DNA from: an uncultured SAR86 cluster bacterium
Lineage (GTDB): Bacteria; Pseudomonadota; Gammaproteobacteria; Magnimaribacterales; D2472
Direction: 5' to 3'
NCBI GenBank assembly: GCA_902558395.1
Contig: CACEDS010000002.1
Location: forward strand, 9,662 to 73,661
DNA: 64,000 bases
The notes under the pieces were generated by a model that was not told the origin of the DNA, did not search any database, and saw only the letters and a list, made by a program, of their open reading frames with translations. Positions 37,917-48,325 of the stretch are shown one piece after another. Positions within the stretch are counted from its first letter, which is position 1; every line of letters starts with the position of its first letter. The position numbers and the translations under genes are program-made.

Positions 37917-39001
37917 ACATGTTGTGGATACGATCCTAATATTCGTACCAAAGAACCGGTTGTTTTAACTTCTTTTATTGCCAGTCTAAGCTTTTGATCA
38001 TTTTGATGACCCTCACAGTCAATGAAAAAATCATGAGAATTAATATTTCCTCTCGATGGTCGTGTTTCAATCTTACTTAAATTAATTTTTCTTTTTTCAA
38101 AAGGTCTAAGAATATTTATTAAAGCTCCTGGAGTATTTGTGGTCTGAATTAAAAATGAAGTTTTATCTTTTCCAGTTGAAGCTAAATCATTTTGACCAAT
38201 AACTAGAAATCTAGTTTTGTTATCTGAATAGTCTTGAATATCTTTTTTCTGCAATCTTAGCTTATATTTTTCAACAGCAAGAGAATTGACTATACATAAA
38301 ATATTCTTGTTTTCTTTTGCGTATTTAGCAGCAACTGCAGAGCTTGGCATTTCTAACCGTTTGATTGAACCAATATTTTTTTCTATCCACTTGTTACATT
38401 GACCTAAGGCTTGAGGGTGGGATGCGATTGCAAAAGCATCTTTAATATCAAATTTATTACCAGATGCTAGCTGATGATTAATATCTAGATATATTTCTCC
38501 GATTATAGAAAGAGAATCATTGTCTGCTAAACAATTTAATGTCGTATTAATAACTCCTTCAGAAGAATTCTCTACAGGCACAACACCTATATCCGCTTCC
38601 CCTTTTAAAACTTGATGGAAAACATCATCAATAGTTGGTGATGGGATTCTGGAAACTAAAGATCCAAAGTGACCATGAACTGCAGCTTCTGAATGAGTTC
38701 CCTCAGGACCCAAATAGGAAATTCTTAAAGCCTCTTCTAATGAGAGACATCCTGAAATAAGTTCTTTATAGATAGTTCTCACTTTCTCATTAGAAAGGGC
38801 CCCTTTTTCATTTGCTTTAAGTATGTTCCTAAGAATAGTAGCTTCTCTGTCTGGCTTGTAAAAATAAGTGTTGGGACTAATTTTTGATTTAATTTTTCCT
38901 ATGCTAACTGCAAGAGCTGCTCTTTTTTGTATAAGTTTTAAAAGGTCTTTATCGATTTTATCTATTTTTGACCTTAAAGATTTTAAATTTTCCTTAGACA
39001 T
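37913..39001 (-). CDS. pheA: Chorismate mutase/prephenate dehydratase
   Basis: LRSKIDKID, YLGPEGTHSE, PVENSSEG, SHPQALGQC, NKTRFLVIG, KIETRPS. Confidence 0.96.
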   Translation of the reverse strand: MSKENLKSLRSKIDKIDKDLLKLIQKRAALAVSIGKIKSKISPNTYFYKPDREATILRNILKANEKGALSNEKVRTIYKELISGCLSLEEALRISYLGPEGTHSEAAVHGHFGSLVSRIPSPTIDDVFHQVLKGEADIGVVPVENSSEGVINTTLNCLADNDSLSIIGEIYLDINHQLASGNKFDIKDAFAIASHPQALGQCNKWIEKNIGSIKRLEMPSSAVAAKYAKENKNILCIVNSLAVEKYKLRLQKKDIQDYSDNKTRFLVIGQNDLASTGKDKTSFLIQTTNTPGALINILRPFEKRKINLSKIETRPSRGNINSHDFFIDCEGHQNDQKLRLAIKEVKTTGSLVRILGSYPQHV

Positions 39002-39007
39002 TTTTAG

Positions 39008-40081
39008 TTAGCCATATTTAGCTTCAAAGACTTTCATAAAGTCTACAAGCTCGTTAATTCCCTCCAAAGGCATTGCATTATATATACTTGCTCTCATTCC
39101 GCCAACAGATCTATGGCCTTTGAGGTTTAATAATCCATTATCTTCAGATTCTTTCAAGAATACGCTATCTAGATCATTATCAGCAAGCATAAAAGGAACG
39201 TTCATAATAGATCTATTTTCAATCTTAACTGGATTTGAATAAAAATCTGAGTTGTCTATGTAGTTATAAAGAGTTGATGCTTTTAAATGATTTTGTTCTT
39301 TAAAAAACTCTAAACCACCTGACTGCTTTATCCATTTGAAAACTTTTCCTGCCATATACCATGCAAAGGTTGGTGGCGTATTTAACATAGAATCAGATTC
39401 TGAGTGTTTGGAGTATCTTAATATATTCGGCAAATTTTCATTTTCTAGTTCCATTAAGTCTTTTTTAATAATGACCATAGTCAAGCCTGCTGGTCCAATA
39501 TTTTTTTGAGCTCCTGCATAAATTAATGAAAATTTAGATACATCTAGAGGCTCACTTAATATAACTGACGACATGTCAGCAATTAAGTGATTGTTTATAT
39601 CTGGAGCTTTATGTATTGCAACTCCTTGAATGGTTTCATTAGGGCAATAATGAACATATGCAGAGTCCTTTGAATATTTCCAATCATCTTCAGATGGGGC
39701 ATATGAAAAGCCATGATTTTCAGAAGAGGCAATAGTATTTACCTTAGTTAATTTTGATGCTTCTGCAATTGCTTTTTTAGACCAAGAGCCTGATAAAACA
39801 TAATCAGCATTATTGTTCTGAGCAAAATTTAATGGAACCATGGAAAATTGATGCGTTGCTCCTCCCTGAAGAAAAAGAACTTCATGTGATGATGGAATAT
39901 TTAAGATATCTATGAAATCTTGTTTTGCGTCTACAGCAACACCGTCATAAATTTTTGATCTATGACTCATTTCCATAATAGACATGCCCGAGTCACCCCA
40001 TTCTAGTAGCTCATCTTTTACTTCAGACAATACTTGTTCAGATATGACAGCAGGCCCAGCGCAAAAATTCCACTTGCGCAT
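39008..40081 (-). CDS. serC: Phosphoserine aminotransferase
   Basis: NFCAGPA, MEMSHRS, FLQGGA, DMSS, YAGAQKNIGPAG, GHRSVGGMRASIYNA. Confidence 0.97.
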   Translation of the reverse strand: MRKWNFCAGPAVISEQVLSEVKDELLEWGDSGMSIMEMSHRSKIYDGVAVDAKQDFIDILNIPSSHEVLFLQGGATHQFSMVPLNFAQNNNADYVLSGSWSKKAIAEASKLTKVNTIASSENHGFSYAPSEDDWKYSKDSAYVHYCPNETIQGVAIHKAPDINNHLIADMSSVILSEPLDVSKFSLIYAGAQKNIGPAGLTMVIIKKDLMELENENLPNILRYSKHSESDSMLNTPPTFAWYMAGKVFKWIKQSGGLEFFKEQNHLKASTLYNYIDNSDFYSNPVKIENRSIMNVPFMLADNDLDSVFLKESEDNGLLNLKGHRSVGGMRASIYNAMPLEGINELVDFMKVFEAKYG

Positions 40082-42627
40082 TACTCGTCCTCTTCGTTAT
40101 CTTCGTTTGGAATTGTCACACATTCGATGAGTTTTTCTCCTTCCTTTGGAGTAATAACTTTAACACCTTGTGTATTTCTGCTTAATGTAGGTACTTGTGA
40201 AACACTTGTTCTAATCATGGTTCCTTTGTCACTAATTAACATTATTCCATCTTCATCTTCTACCAATGCCGCCGAAACCATTGATCCATTTCTTTCACTG
40301 GTTTTCATTGAAATAACTCCTTGCCCGCCTCTATTGTGTGAAGGAAAATCATCCAAAGCAGTTTTTTTACCATATCCATTTTCTGAAACACACAATATAG
40401 TTTTTTCTGGATCAGCTATCATCAGAGAAATTAGTTTTTCATCTTTTTTAAGTCTAATACCTCTAACACCTCTTGCAGTTCTGCCCATTGGTCTAACATG
40501 TGACTCATTAAATCTAATTAATTTTCCTGATGATGATGCTAATAAAATTTCATTATCTCCTGAAGTAATTGCTGTACCAACAAGCTTGTCATCTTCGTCT
40601 AAATTTATTGCTTTAATACCTGATTTATATTTCTTGGAAAACAAACTTAGGTTTGTCTTTTTAGTAGTACCATTTCTAGTAGCCATGAAAATAAACTGAT
40701 CATCTGAAAACTCACTTACCGGAAGAATATCACTTACCGATTCATCATCGTCAAGATTTAACATGTTTACTAAAGGTCTTCCTTTCGATGTTCTAGAGGC
40801 CACAGGAATTTCATAAACTTTTAACCAAAAAACTTTACCTTTAGTTGTAAAGCATAAAATTTGCATATGACTGCTAAGCACATAAAGATTCTGAATTAAA
40901 TCCTCTTCTTTTACAGCAGCTGCAGCTTTACCTTGTCCTCCTCTTCTTTGCTCTCTGTATTCGTCGAGAGGCTGAGTTTTTGCATATCCACTTCTTGATA
41001 CAGTTAAAACTCTCATCTCCTCAGGAATAAGATCCTCGTTAGTTATCCCTCTTCTTGTATCATTAATTAAAGTTCTTCTTTCGTCTCCAAAATTAGCTTT
41101 TACCTCTTCAAGCTCTTCTATCATCAAATTCTTTAGAGTCTCTTTGTCATCTAATATCTTTTGAAGATCTATAATTTTTGCAACTATGTCAGAAAACTCA
41201 TTACTTAAATTATCTTGCTCTAAGCCAGTTAGTCTTCCTAATCTTAGTTCTAAAATTGCTTTTGCTTGATCAGGAGAAAGTTTATATTTTTTGCCATTTA
41301 TACCAAGATCTTTGCTTAAGCCTTTTGGTTTGCATGCATCTTTACCAACTTTTTTAAGAATAGCCTCAACCGGTCCCGCTTTCCAAACTTTTTTACACAG
41401 AGCATCAGCAGCTAATTTTGGATCTTTTGACTTCTTAATGATTGTTATAACTTCATCGATATTAGCTATAGCGACCATAAGCCCTTCAACAATGTGGCCT
41501 CTATCCTTAGCCTTTTTTAAATCGTATTTTGTACGTTTAGTTATGATGTCCTTACGATGCTTGATGAAAGCTTCGAGCATTTCTTTTAGATTTACTTCCT
41601 TTGGCTGCCCATCAACTAAAACGGTAAAATTGATACCAAATGATTGTTCTAATTGAGTTTGTGCAAAAAGATTATTTTCTAAAACCTCTACAGAATCTCC
41701 TTTTCTTACTTCAATGACGACTCGCAACCCATCCTTATCAGACTCATCTCTTATTTCTGTAATTCCTTCTATCTTTTTCTCTTTGACTAATTCAGCAATT
41801 TTTTCAAGCATCTTAGCTTTATTTACCATAAAGGGAATTTCATTGACTATGAGGGATTGTTTGCCTGATTTCTCATCTTCTTCAATGGAAGTATTAGATC
41901 TGATATGAATAATACCTCTTCCAGTCTTGTAGGCTTCATATATGCCAGCCTTTCCATCAATTGTTCCACCTGTTGGAAAATCCGGACCAGAGATGTCTTT
42001 AATAAGATCATCAATCGAAAGTTTGGGATCATTGATTAAGTTAACGCTTGCATTAAGAACTTCAGTAAGATTATGCGGTGGAATATTTGTAGCCATACCC
42101 ACAGCGATACCAGATGAACCATTTACTAAAAGATTTGGAATTTTTGTAGGTAAAACATCTGGAATGAATTCACTACCATCATAGTTTGGTGAATACGAGA
42201 CTGTTTCTTTTTCAATATCTCCATACATCTGATCAGTGATCTTCGCCATCCTTACTTCTGTATATCTCATTGCAGCAGGCGGATCACCATCTATAGAACC
42301 AAAATTCCCCTGGCCCTCAACAATTGGATATCTCATTGAAAAATCTTGTGCCATTCTTACCATTGCGTCATATACAGCGCTATCTCCATGAGGATGATAT
42401 TTACCAATAACATCACCAACTACTCTTGCTGATTTTTTATAAGGTTTGTTATATGAATTTTTAAGGTCATACATCGCATATAAAATACGTCTGTGGACTG
42501 GTTTAAGACCATCTCTTATATCTGGTAGAGCTCTTCCATGAATAACGCTAAGAGCATAACTTAGATAAGATTGCTTAAGCTCATCCTCAATATTTACTGA
42601 AATTATTTCTTTTGCGAAGTCACTCAT
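40081..42627 (-). CDS. gyrA: DNA gyrase subunit A
   Basis: [33 protein letters not shown], GyrA box QRRGGQG. Confidence 0.98.
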   Translation of the reverse strand: MSDFAKEIISVNIEDELKQSYLSYALSVIHGRALPDIRDGLKPVHRRILYAMYDLKNSYNKPYKKSARVVGDVIGKYHPHGDSAVYDAMVRMAQDFSMRYPIVEGQGNFGSIDGDPPAAMRYTEVRMAKITDQMYGDIEKETVSYSPNYDGSEFIPDVLPTKIPNLLVNGSSGIAVGMATNIPPHNLTEVLNASVNLINDPKLSIDDLIKDISGPDFPTGGTIDGKAGIYEAYKTGRGIIHIRSNTSIEEDEKSGKQSLIVNEIPFMVNKAKMLEKIAELVKEKKIEGITEIRDESDKDGLRVVIEVRKGDSVEVLENNLFAQTQLEQSFGINFTVLVDGQPKEVNLKEMLEAFIKHRKDIITKRTKYDLKKAKDRGHIVEGLMVAIANIDEVITIIKKSKDPKLAADALCKKVWKAGPVEAILKKVGKDACKPKGLSKDLGINGKKYKLSPDQAKAILELRLGRLTGLEQDNLSNEFSDIVAKIIDLQKILDDKETLKNLMIEELEEVKANFGDERRTLINDTRRGITNEDLIPEEMRVLTVSRSGYAKTQPLDEYREQRRGGQGKAAAAVKEEDLIQNLYVLSSHMQILCFTTKGKVFWLKVYEIPVASRTSKGRPLVNMLNLDDDESVSDILPVSEFSDDQFIFMATRNGTTKKTNLSLFSKKYKSGIKAINLDEDDKLVGTAITSGDNEILLASSSGKLIRFNESHVRPMGRTARGVRGIRLKKDEKLISLMIADPEKTILCVSENGYGKKTALDDFPSHNRGGQGVISMKTSERNGSMVSAALVEDEDGIMLISDKGTMIRTSVSQVPTLSRNTQGVKVITPKEGEKLIECVTIPNEDNEEDE

Positions 42628-42673
42628 ATGCTATGTATTTTTGATGTAAAAAAAGGTCCCTAATTTAGGGTAT

Positions 42674-42682
42674 ATTTTAGCA
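42674..42682 (-). promoter_or_regulatory. Candidate extended -10 promoter element for gyrA
   Basis: Minus strand reads TGCTAAAAT (TGn-TAAAAT) about 46 nt upstream of the gyrA ATG; AT-rich context lowers significance. Confidence 0.3.
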
Positions 42683-42697
42683 TATTTTATGTAGTAA

Positions 42698-44077
42698 TTA
42701 GTCTTTAAATTCCGAAACTAAGCCACCAATTGACTCTTTTGCATCACCGAATAACATTCTAGTATTTTGTTTAAAAAATAATGGATTTTGAACACCTGCA
42801 AAGCCTGAAGACATTGATCTTTTTAGAACAAAAACTGTCTTTGCGTTATGCACTTCAATGATTGGCATTCCATATATTGGGCTACCTGGCTCCTCGGTGG
42901 CAGAGGGGTTAACAACATCATTGGCACCAATAACTACAGCTACATCGACTGAGTCCATAATTGGATTAACATCATCAGGTTCAGCTAAAACATCATAAGG
43001 AACATTTGCTTCTGCTAATAAGACATTCATATGGCCTGGCATTCTACCTGCGACAGGATGTATGCCATATTTTACTTCTGTACCATTTTCTTCAAGTAAC
43101 TCACCCAGCTCTCTAACTACATGCTGAGCTTGAGCAACAGCCATGCCGTAACCAGGAATAATTAATACTGAGCTTGCGCTTTCTAAAATTAAAAATGCAT
43201 CAGCAACATTAATTGGGCTTACTTCACCCTGCTCCTCTGAAGATGAGCCTTTAGATGCGCTAGCGTAACCAACGAATAAAATATTATTGATAGATCTATT
43301 CATTGCTTTTGCCATTATCACTGTAAGAATAAGTCCACTTGCACCGACAAGTGACCCAGCAACAATTAAAACATTATTTAATAAAAGAAGACCGGCAAAT
43401 GCAGCAGCAATTCCTGAAAATGAATTTAACAGAGATATAACTACTGGCATATCGCCGCCTCCAATAGGCAAAACGAAACCTATACCACCAAGAAGAGTAA
43501 TCGCTAGCAGCACTGTAAAGAAATTAAAACCTAATGCAGGCAAAAATGGCAGCAAGATACTAAAAATTAAAAATAATATTGATCCATAAAAAATAGTAGT
43601 AAAAATTTTTGTAACAATAGAAGTTTTAGCTATTTTTAATTTTTCAGACAACTTTCCGTAAGCTATCAAACTCCCTGTAAAAGTAACGCCTCCAATATAT
43701 ATTGTGACCATGACCAATAAATACTGGAAATAATTATCTGGAATTGAATTATATTCAGACCATGCAATTAAGAATGTTGCCAATCCACCAAAGCCATTAA
43801 ATAAAGCTACCATTTCAGGTATAGAAGTCATCTTCACTTTTAAGGCTATTGTTGAACCAATAATAGCGCCAAGTAAAATACCACCAAGTAATATAACTGG
43901 ATCAACTATAAAGATAATAGTTGCTAAAACAGCAATAAACATTGCAAAAGCTGACAAGAAATTACCTTTTACAGCTGTATCTTCTTTACCAAGCATTTTA
44001 ATACCTGATATAAAAAGAATAGAAGCAACGATATAAATGATATTTTGTATTGCAGTTATGTCTTCAAAAATACTCAT
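42698..44077 (-). CDS. pntB: NAD(P) transhydrogenase beta subunit
   Basis: PEMVALFNGFGG, GGDMPVVISLLNS, PGYGMAVAQAQ, HPVAGRMPGHMNVLLAEA, IGANDVVNP. Confidence 0.97.
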   Translation of the reverse strand: MSIFEDITAIQNIIYIVASILFISGIKMLGKEDTAVKGNFLSAFAMFIAVLATIIFIVDPVILLGGILLGAIIGSTIALKVKMTSIPEMVALFNGFGGLATFLIAWSEYNSIPDNYFQYLLVMVTIYIGGVTFTGSLIAYGKLSEKLKIAKTSIVTKIFTTIFYGSILFLIFSILLPFLPALGFNFFTVLLAITLLGGIGFVLPIGGGDMPVVISLLNSFSGIAAAFAGLLLLNNVLIVAGSLVGASGLILTVIMAKAMNRSINNILFVGYASASKGSSSEEQGEVSPINVADAFLILESASSVLIIPGYGMAVAQAQHVVRELGELLEENGTEVKYGIHPVAGRMPGHMNVLLAEANVPYDVLAEPDDVNPIMDSVDVAVVIGANDVVNPSATEEPGSPIYGMPIIEVHNAKTVFVLKRSMSSGFAGVQNPLFFKQNTRMLFGDAKESIGGLVSEFKD

Positions 44078-44079
44078 GA

Positions 44080-44352
44080 CTACTTCTTCTTAAACATTTT
44101 CAGCATTCTATTAGTAACAAGATATCCACCAAATACATTAATTGAAGCGAAAAGGACGGCTAAAAAAGCTATTGCGCTTTGAAGATTTGAATCTGTTGAC
44201 AAGACTAAAGCTCCCACCAATGCAATACCTGAAATAGCGTTTGCTCCTGACATTAAAGGAGTGTGAAGAGTGCTTGGCACTTTTGATATTAGCTCTAAAC
44301 CTAAGTAAATAGAAAGGATAAGAACGAAACCTAATAAAGCATATATTTCCAT
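44080..44352 (-). CDS. pntAB: NAD(P) transhydrogenase alpha subunit, membrane part (split alpha)
   Basis: VPSTLHTPLMSGANAISG, INVFGGYLVTNRML.MF; start set at ATG 44352, 1 nt after the upstream stop. Confidence 0.93.
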   Translation of the reverse strand: MEIYALLGFVLILSIYLGLELISKVPSTLHTPLMSGANAISGIALVGALVLSTDSNLQSAIAFLAVLFASINVFGGYLVTNRMLKMFKKK

Positions 44353-44353
44353 G

Positions 44354-45472
44354 TTACTGGAACCTCTCATTTAAAATTTTACTATTAAATACAATGACAC
44401 TGCTTTTTATGATCTCGTCATCGAAATCAAAGTTGATTGAGCTATCTTCATTGTTAAAAAAATCTGTAATCCAATGGTTAAAATTATTTGATAGTGCTAG
44501 AGATGCGTGATTTGAAACCGAAGATGCTAAATTGGAAATACCAATAATTTTTACACCATTTTTAATTACTACTTCATCGGCTAAAGACCCCTCAACATTA
44601 CCACCGGATTCAACAGCCATATCAAAAATTACACTACCAGGTTTCATTTTTTCTATAGTAGCAGTATCGATCAATTTTGGTGCCGGTCTTCCAAATAATT
44701 GTGCGGTTGTAATAACAATGTCAGACCTAGCACAAACATCAGCTTGTAGATCTTTTTGTTTTTGAACCTGTTCTGGTGTTAACTCTTTTGCGTAGCCTTG
44801 ATCTGTCTGACCTGTTTCTCCAAGATCAATTTTTACAAATTTAGCTCCTAAAGATTGGACCTGTTCTTCTACAACATCTCTTGTATCAAAAGCATCTACT
44901 CTAGCGCCAAGCCTTTTTGCTGTTGCAATAGCTTGTAGGCCAGCAACTCCAACACCAATTACAAAAACTCTTGCGGGCTTTAAAGTACCAGCAGCGGTCA
45001 TCATCATTGGAAGAGCAGTTGATAAATGTTTAGCTGATTCAATAACTGCAGCATAACCTGCAAGATTAGCTTGAGAGCTGAGTACGTCCATTTTCTGAGC
45101 TCTGGTAATTCTTGGAATAAATTCCATGCTAACTAAATTAATGTTATTTGCTGCACAAGCATTTATTAGCTCTTGATTAGAAAATGGACTGACCATTCCT
45201 ATTAATGTTGAGCCTTTTTTCATAGATGATACTTCTTCTGCTGAAATTGGTTGATTGGTAATTAGCAAGTCTGATTTTTCAAGACACTCGGACCTTGAAG
45301 AACTTTTGAGGCCTAGGTTTTCGAAAACGCTATCGTCTGAATTAATACCCTCTCCAATGCCACGTTCGAAATTTATTTCAGCTTTTAGGCTTGTTAAAGC
45401 ACTTATGGTATCTGGATGGATTGGTGACCTGTGATCTTTTGGGTCATTAGATTTTAATGCTGAAATAATCAC
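44354..45472 (-). CDS. pntAA: NAD(P) transhydrogenase alpha subunit, NAD(H)-binding part
   Basis: PRITRAQKMDVLSSQANLAGY, IGVGVAGLQAIATAKRLGA, DMAVESGGNVEG; GTG start. Confidence 0.95.
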   Translation of the reverse strand: MIISALKSNDPKDHRSPIHPDTISALTSLKAEINFERGIGEGINSDDSVFENLGLKSSSRSECLEKSDLLITNQPISAEEVSSMKKGSTLIGMVSPFSNQELINACAANNINLVSMEFIPRITRAQKMDVLSSQANLAGYAAVIESAKHLSTALPMMMTAAGTLKPARVFVIGVGVAGLQAIATAKRLGARVDAFDTRDVVEEQVQSLGAKFVKIDLGETGQTDQGYAKELTPEQVQKQKDLQADVCARSDIVITTAQLFGRPAPKLIDTATIEKMKPGSVIFDMAVESGGNVEGSLADEVVIKNGVKIIGISNLASSVSNHASLALSNNFNHWITDFFNNEDSSINFDFDDEIIKSSVIVFNSKILNERFQ

Positions 45473-45579
45473 TATTATTTTTTTAAACTGTGTATGTAGT
45501 GAAGTAAAACGTAATAAAAATAAAAAGTCAATTTAATTAAAATATACCGAATTTTAAATGATTAAAGCACTTTTCAAAT

Positions 45580-45594
45580 TGTAGTTTTACTACA
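45580..45594. promoter_or_regulatory. Perfect inverted repeat TGTAGT-TTT-ACTACA, candidate transcription-factor operator (HexR-like)
   Basis: 15-bp palindrome in the divergent pntAA/ubiG intergenic region. Confidence 0.45.
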
Positions 45595-45650
45595 CATATT
45601 TAATTTATTGCCCTATGTCTAAATAGTTCTATTAAGGGTAAAATTCTCTC

Positions 45651-46343
45651 ATGAACATAGACCAACAAGAAGTTCAAAAATTCGCAGATCTTGCAGAGAA
45701 ATGGTGGGATACAGCTGGAGACTTTAAACCTCTTCATGTAATCAACCCTCTTAGAGCTGAATATATATCATCAAAAGTTGAATTAGAAGGTAAAACATTA
45801 CTAGATGTGGGCTGTGGTGGAGGTATATTGGCAGAAGCTTTGCATGATAAGGGGGCAATCGTTACAGGTATTGATGCTGCTGGTCCTGGTATTGAAATTG
45901 CAAAACATCATGCAAAAAAAAATAATAAATCAATAAACTATCAAGAAAGCACGGCTGAAGATTTAATTCAGAAAAGCACAGAAAAATATGATGTTGTAAC
46001 ATGCCTTGAGGTTTTAGAGCATGTTCCTGATCCTAAATTATTGGTAAAAACGTGTATTAACCTTTTAAAACCAAATGGAGATCTATTTTTATCTACCATA
46101 AATAAAAATCCTAGATCCTGGATTACTGCAATAGTTGGAGCTGAATATATATTCAACATATTACCTAAAGGCACTCATGAATTTGATAAATTCATAAAAC
46201 CTTCATCACTTGGATCATACATTAGAGAGAGTTCTGCAGAGTTAGTTGAAACCAAAGGAATGTTTTACAATCCAATAACTCATAAAGCTAATCTTAATAA
46301 TGATTTAGGTGTTAATTACTTAATGTATGCAAAAAAGCCTTAG
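45651..46343 (+). CDS. ubiG: Ubiquinone biosynthesis O-methyltransferase
   Basis: EVQKFADLAEKWWD..G.FKPLHVINPLR, LDVGCGGGIL, CLEVLEHVPDP, LPKGTH. Confidence 0.96.
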   Translation: MNIDQQEVQKFADLAEKWWDTAGDFKPLHVINPLRAEYISSKVELEGKTLLDVGCGGGILAEALHDKGAIVTGIDAAGPGIEIAKHHAKKNNKSINYQESTAEDLIQKSTEKYDVVTCLEVLEHVPDPKLLVKTCINLLKPNGDLFLSTINKNPRSWITAIVGAEYIFNILPKGTHEFDKFIKPSSLGSYIRESSAELVETKGMFYNPITHKANLNNDLGVNYLMYAKKP

Positions 46344-46992
46344 TTCAAAATTAGTTTTATTTGATCTTGATGGAACGGTTATTGATACTGCTCCTGATTT
46401 TGTTCTATCTATAAATAATATTTTAAAAAGACATGGAAGAGCTACTTTAGAGTTTGACCATATAAGATCTTTTGTTTCAGAAGGTTCTGTAAAATTTACT
46501 GAAATTGGATTTGAGATCACAAGAGATCATCCAGACTTTAATAAATACAGGAATGAGTTTCTTATAGAATATAAAAATAACCTAACTAATAAATCAAAGC
46601 TATTTGCCGGTATATCATCATTATTAAATCAATTAGATGAAAATAGCATTCCTTATGGAATAGTAACTAATAAACCTTTCGATTATGCCGAACCTCTTAT
46701 TAATTATTTCAATGAGCTTGAAAATTGCAAAGCACTTGTATGTCCAGATCATCTTCAAAATAGCAAACCCAGTCCAGAAGGTATACTTTTAGCATGCAAA
46801 AAAATAGGAGTTGATCCTAAAGAAAGCGTTTATGTCGGAGATCACCCAAACGATCTAATCGCTGGTAAAAATGCAGGAACAAAAACTATTGGTTGTCTTT
46901 ATGGCTATAGTTTAGATAAAGATGAGACATATCCGGAATCAATAATAGTTAACAAGGCAGATGAAATAATCAACGCTCTAAAATTGTTATGA
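46327..46992 (+). CDS. gph: HAD phosphatase, phosphoglycolate phosphatase/MupP-like
   Basis: LFDLDGTVIDTAPDF, VTNKP, SKPSPEG, YVGDHPNDL; ubiG-HAD-yciK synteny. Confidence 0.82.
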   Translation: MQKSLSSKLVLFDLDGTVIDTAPDFVLSINNILKRHGRATLEFDHIRSFVSEGSVKFTEIGFEITRDHPDFNKYRNEFLIEYKNNLTNKSKLFAGISSLLNQLDENSIPYGIVTNKPFDYAEPLINYFNELENCKALVCPDHLQNSKPSPEGILLACKKIGVDPKESVYVGDHPNDLIAGKNAGTKTIGCLYGYSLDKDETYPESIIVNKADEIINALKLL

Positions 46993-47735
46993 AAATAAAA
47001 AATACATTTGAAAAAAATTTTCTCAACAATAAAAATATTTTAGTCACAGGTGCATCTAAAGGAATAGGTAGAGAATTAGCAGTAACATTAAGCTCCTATG
47101 GGGCAAATATTATTCTACATGGCCGCGATGAAAAGGCTTTGGATAAGATCTATGATGAAATTATAGATACAACAGAAACCTCTCCCCTAATTATTCAATG
47201 CGATTTGAATGATTTAGATGAAAATAAATCACAGAACATTGCAAATGTTATCTCTGAAAATGTAAATATATTAGATGGCATTATTCATAATGCAGCAATA
47301 ATTGGAAAAATGTCATCAATTCATGACTTTGATTTAAAGACCTGGAACAAAGTTATAAATACAAACTTAACTAGTACATATTTGTTAACAAAATATCTCA
47401 CTCCTTTAATGGCTGATTCTAAAAATCCGAGAGTAATATTTACCTCCTCTGGCGTTGTAAGGAAAGGTAGAGCATTTTGGGGAGCGTATGCAATCTCTAA
47501 GACTGCTGTGAAATCTTTAGCTGAGATATTAAATGATGAGCTTGAGCCCATAACAAATATAAAAGTGTTTAATTTTGATCCAGGAGCAACCAGAACTTCA
47601 ATGAGAGCATTTGCTTACCCAGCAGAAAATGCTTCAACTCTTAAAGAGCCATCATCGCTTATGAAATATTACTTATGGATGCTATCAAAAGAAAGTTCAA
47701 AATCAGATACAAGATACATAGAATTTACAAATTAA
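46989..47735 (+). CDS. yciK: YciK-family short-chain oxidoreductase
   Basis: VTGASKGIG, HNAA, FTSSGV...GRAFWGAYAISK, PGATRTSMRAFAYP. Confidence 0.88.
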   Translation: MKIKNTFEKNFLNNKNILVTGASKGIGRELAVTLSSYGANIILHGRDEKALDKIYDEIIDTTETSPLIIQCDLNDLDENKSQNIANVISENVNILDGIIHNAAIIGKMSSIHDFDLKTWNKVINTNLTSTYLLTKYLTPLMADSKNPRVIFTSSGVVRKGRAFWGAYAISKTAVKSLAEILNDELEPITNIKVFNFDPGATRTSMRAFAYPAENASTLKEPSSLMKYYLWMLSKESSKSDTRYIEFTN

Positions 47736-48325
47736 TTATCAAGACTTCTCCATAGATACATGCACAAATATGTCCTGTATGGCGAGTAGTCTATGGCGTC
47801 ATAATTATCTGATTTAAAAAAATCTAACCCTGCTTTTTTTATTCCCAAGTCACCAGTCAAGTAAATGTCTTCTTGTCCAATATAAAACATCTGAATTATT
47901 CCTAAAGTCCATGGCCCTATTCCTTTAATTTTTAAAAATAAATCTGAAATATCAGCCTGATTCATTTTTTTCAGATCTTTTTTTGTAAAACAGTCTAAAT
48001 ATTGATTGCTTAAAACCTCATTAACGTAACTGGCTTTTGGTCTTGATAATCCACAATCACTAAGATCTCCTAATGAAATTCTTTTTTTATTATTAAGCAG
48101 TATTTGAGTTTTTTTCCATATTGATGCAGCTGCCCCTATAGAGACTTGTTGGCCTATGATTGTCTTAATGATAAAAAACTTTAGTGATAAGTTTTTATTC
48201 TGCCTGGAATCTATAGATATTATTTCTGTTTCTTTTAAGAATTTATTAAGTCGATGATGTTTTTTATTTTTTGAAGTTTTTAATAAAAATTTGTAAGCAG
48301 CTTCTGATTTAACATCACTTGCCAT
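47732..48325 (-). CDS. DNA-3-methyladenine glycosylase (AlkA-like HhH-GPD, short form)
   Basis: IIGQQVSI.AA..I, GLSRPKA, IKGIGPWT, DLGIKK, WRS. Confidence 0.82.
   Translation of the reverse strand: MASDVKSEAAYKFLLKTSKNKKHHRLNKFLKETEIISIDSRQNKNLSLKFFIIKTIIGQQVSIGAAASIWKKTQILLNNKKRISLGDLSDCGLSRPKASYVNEVLSNQYLDCFTKKDLKKMNQADISDLFLKIKGIGPWTLGIIQMFYIGQEDIYLTGDLGIKKAGLDFFKSDNYDAIDYSPYRTYLCMYLWRSLDN

Noticed and set aside
40034-40699. 221-aa plus-strand ORF opposite gyrA
   Set aside because: Antisense shadow of a highly conserved gene; no recognisable motifs
42650-42672. CCCTA-AAT-TAGGG hairpin followed by a T-run as pnt terminator
   Set aside because: Only a 5-bp stem, separated from the U-tract by 3 nt and overlapping the probable gyrA leader; too weak to call
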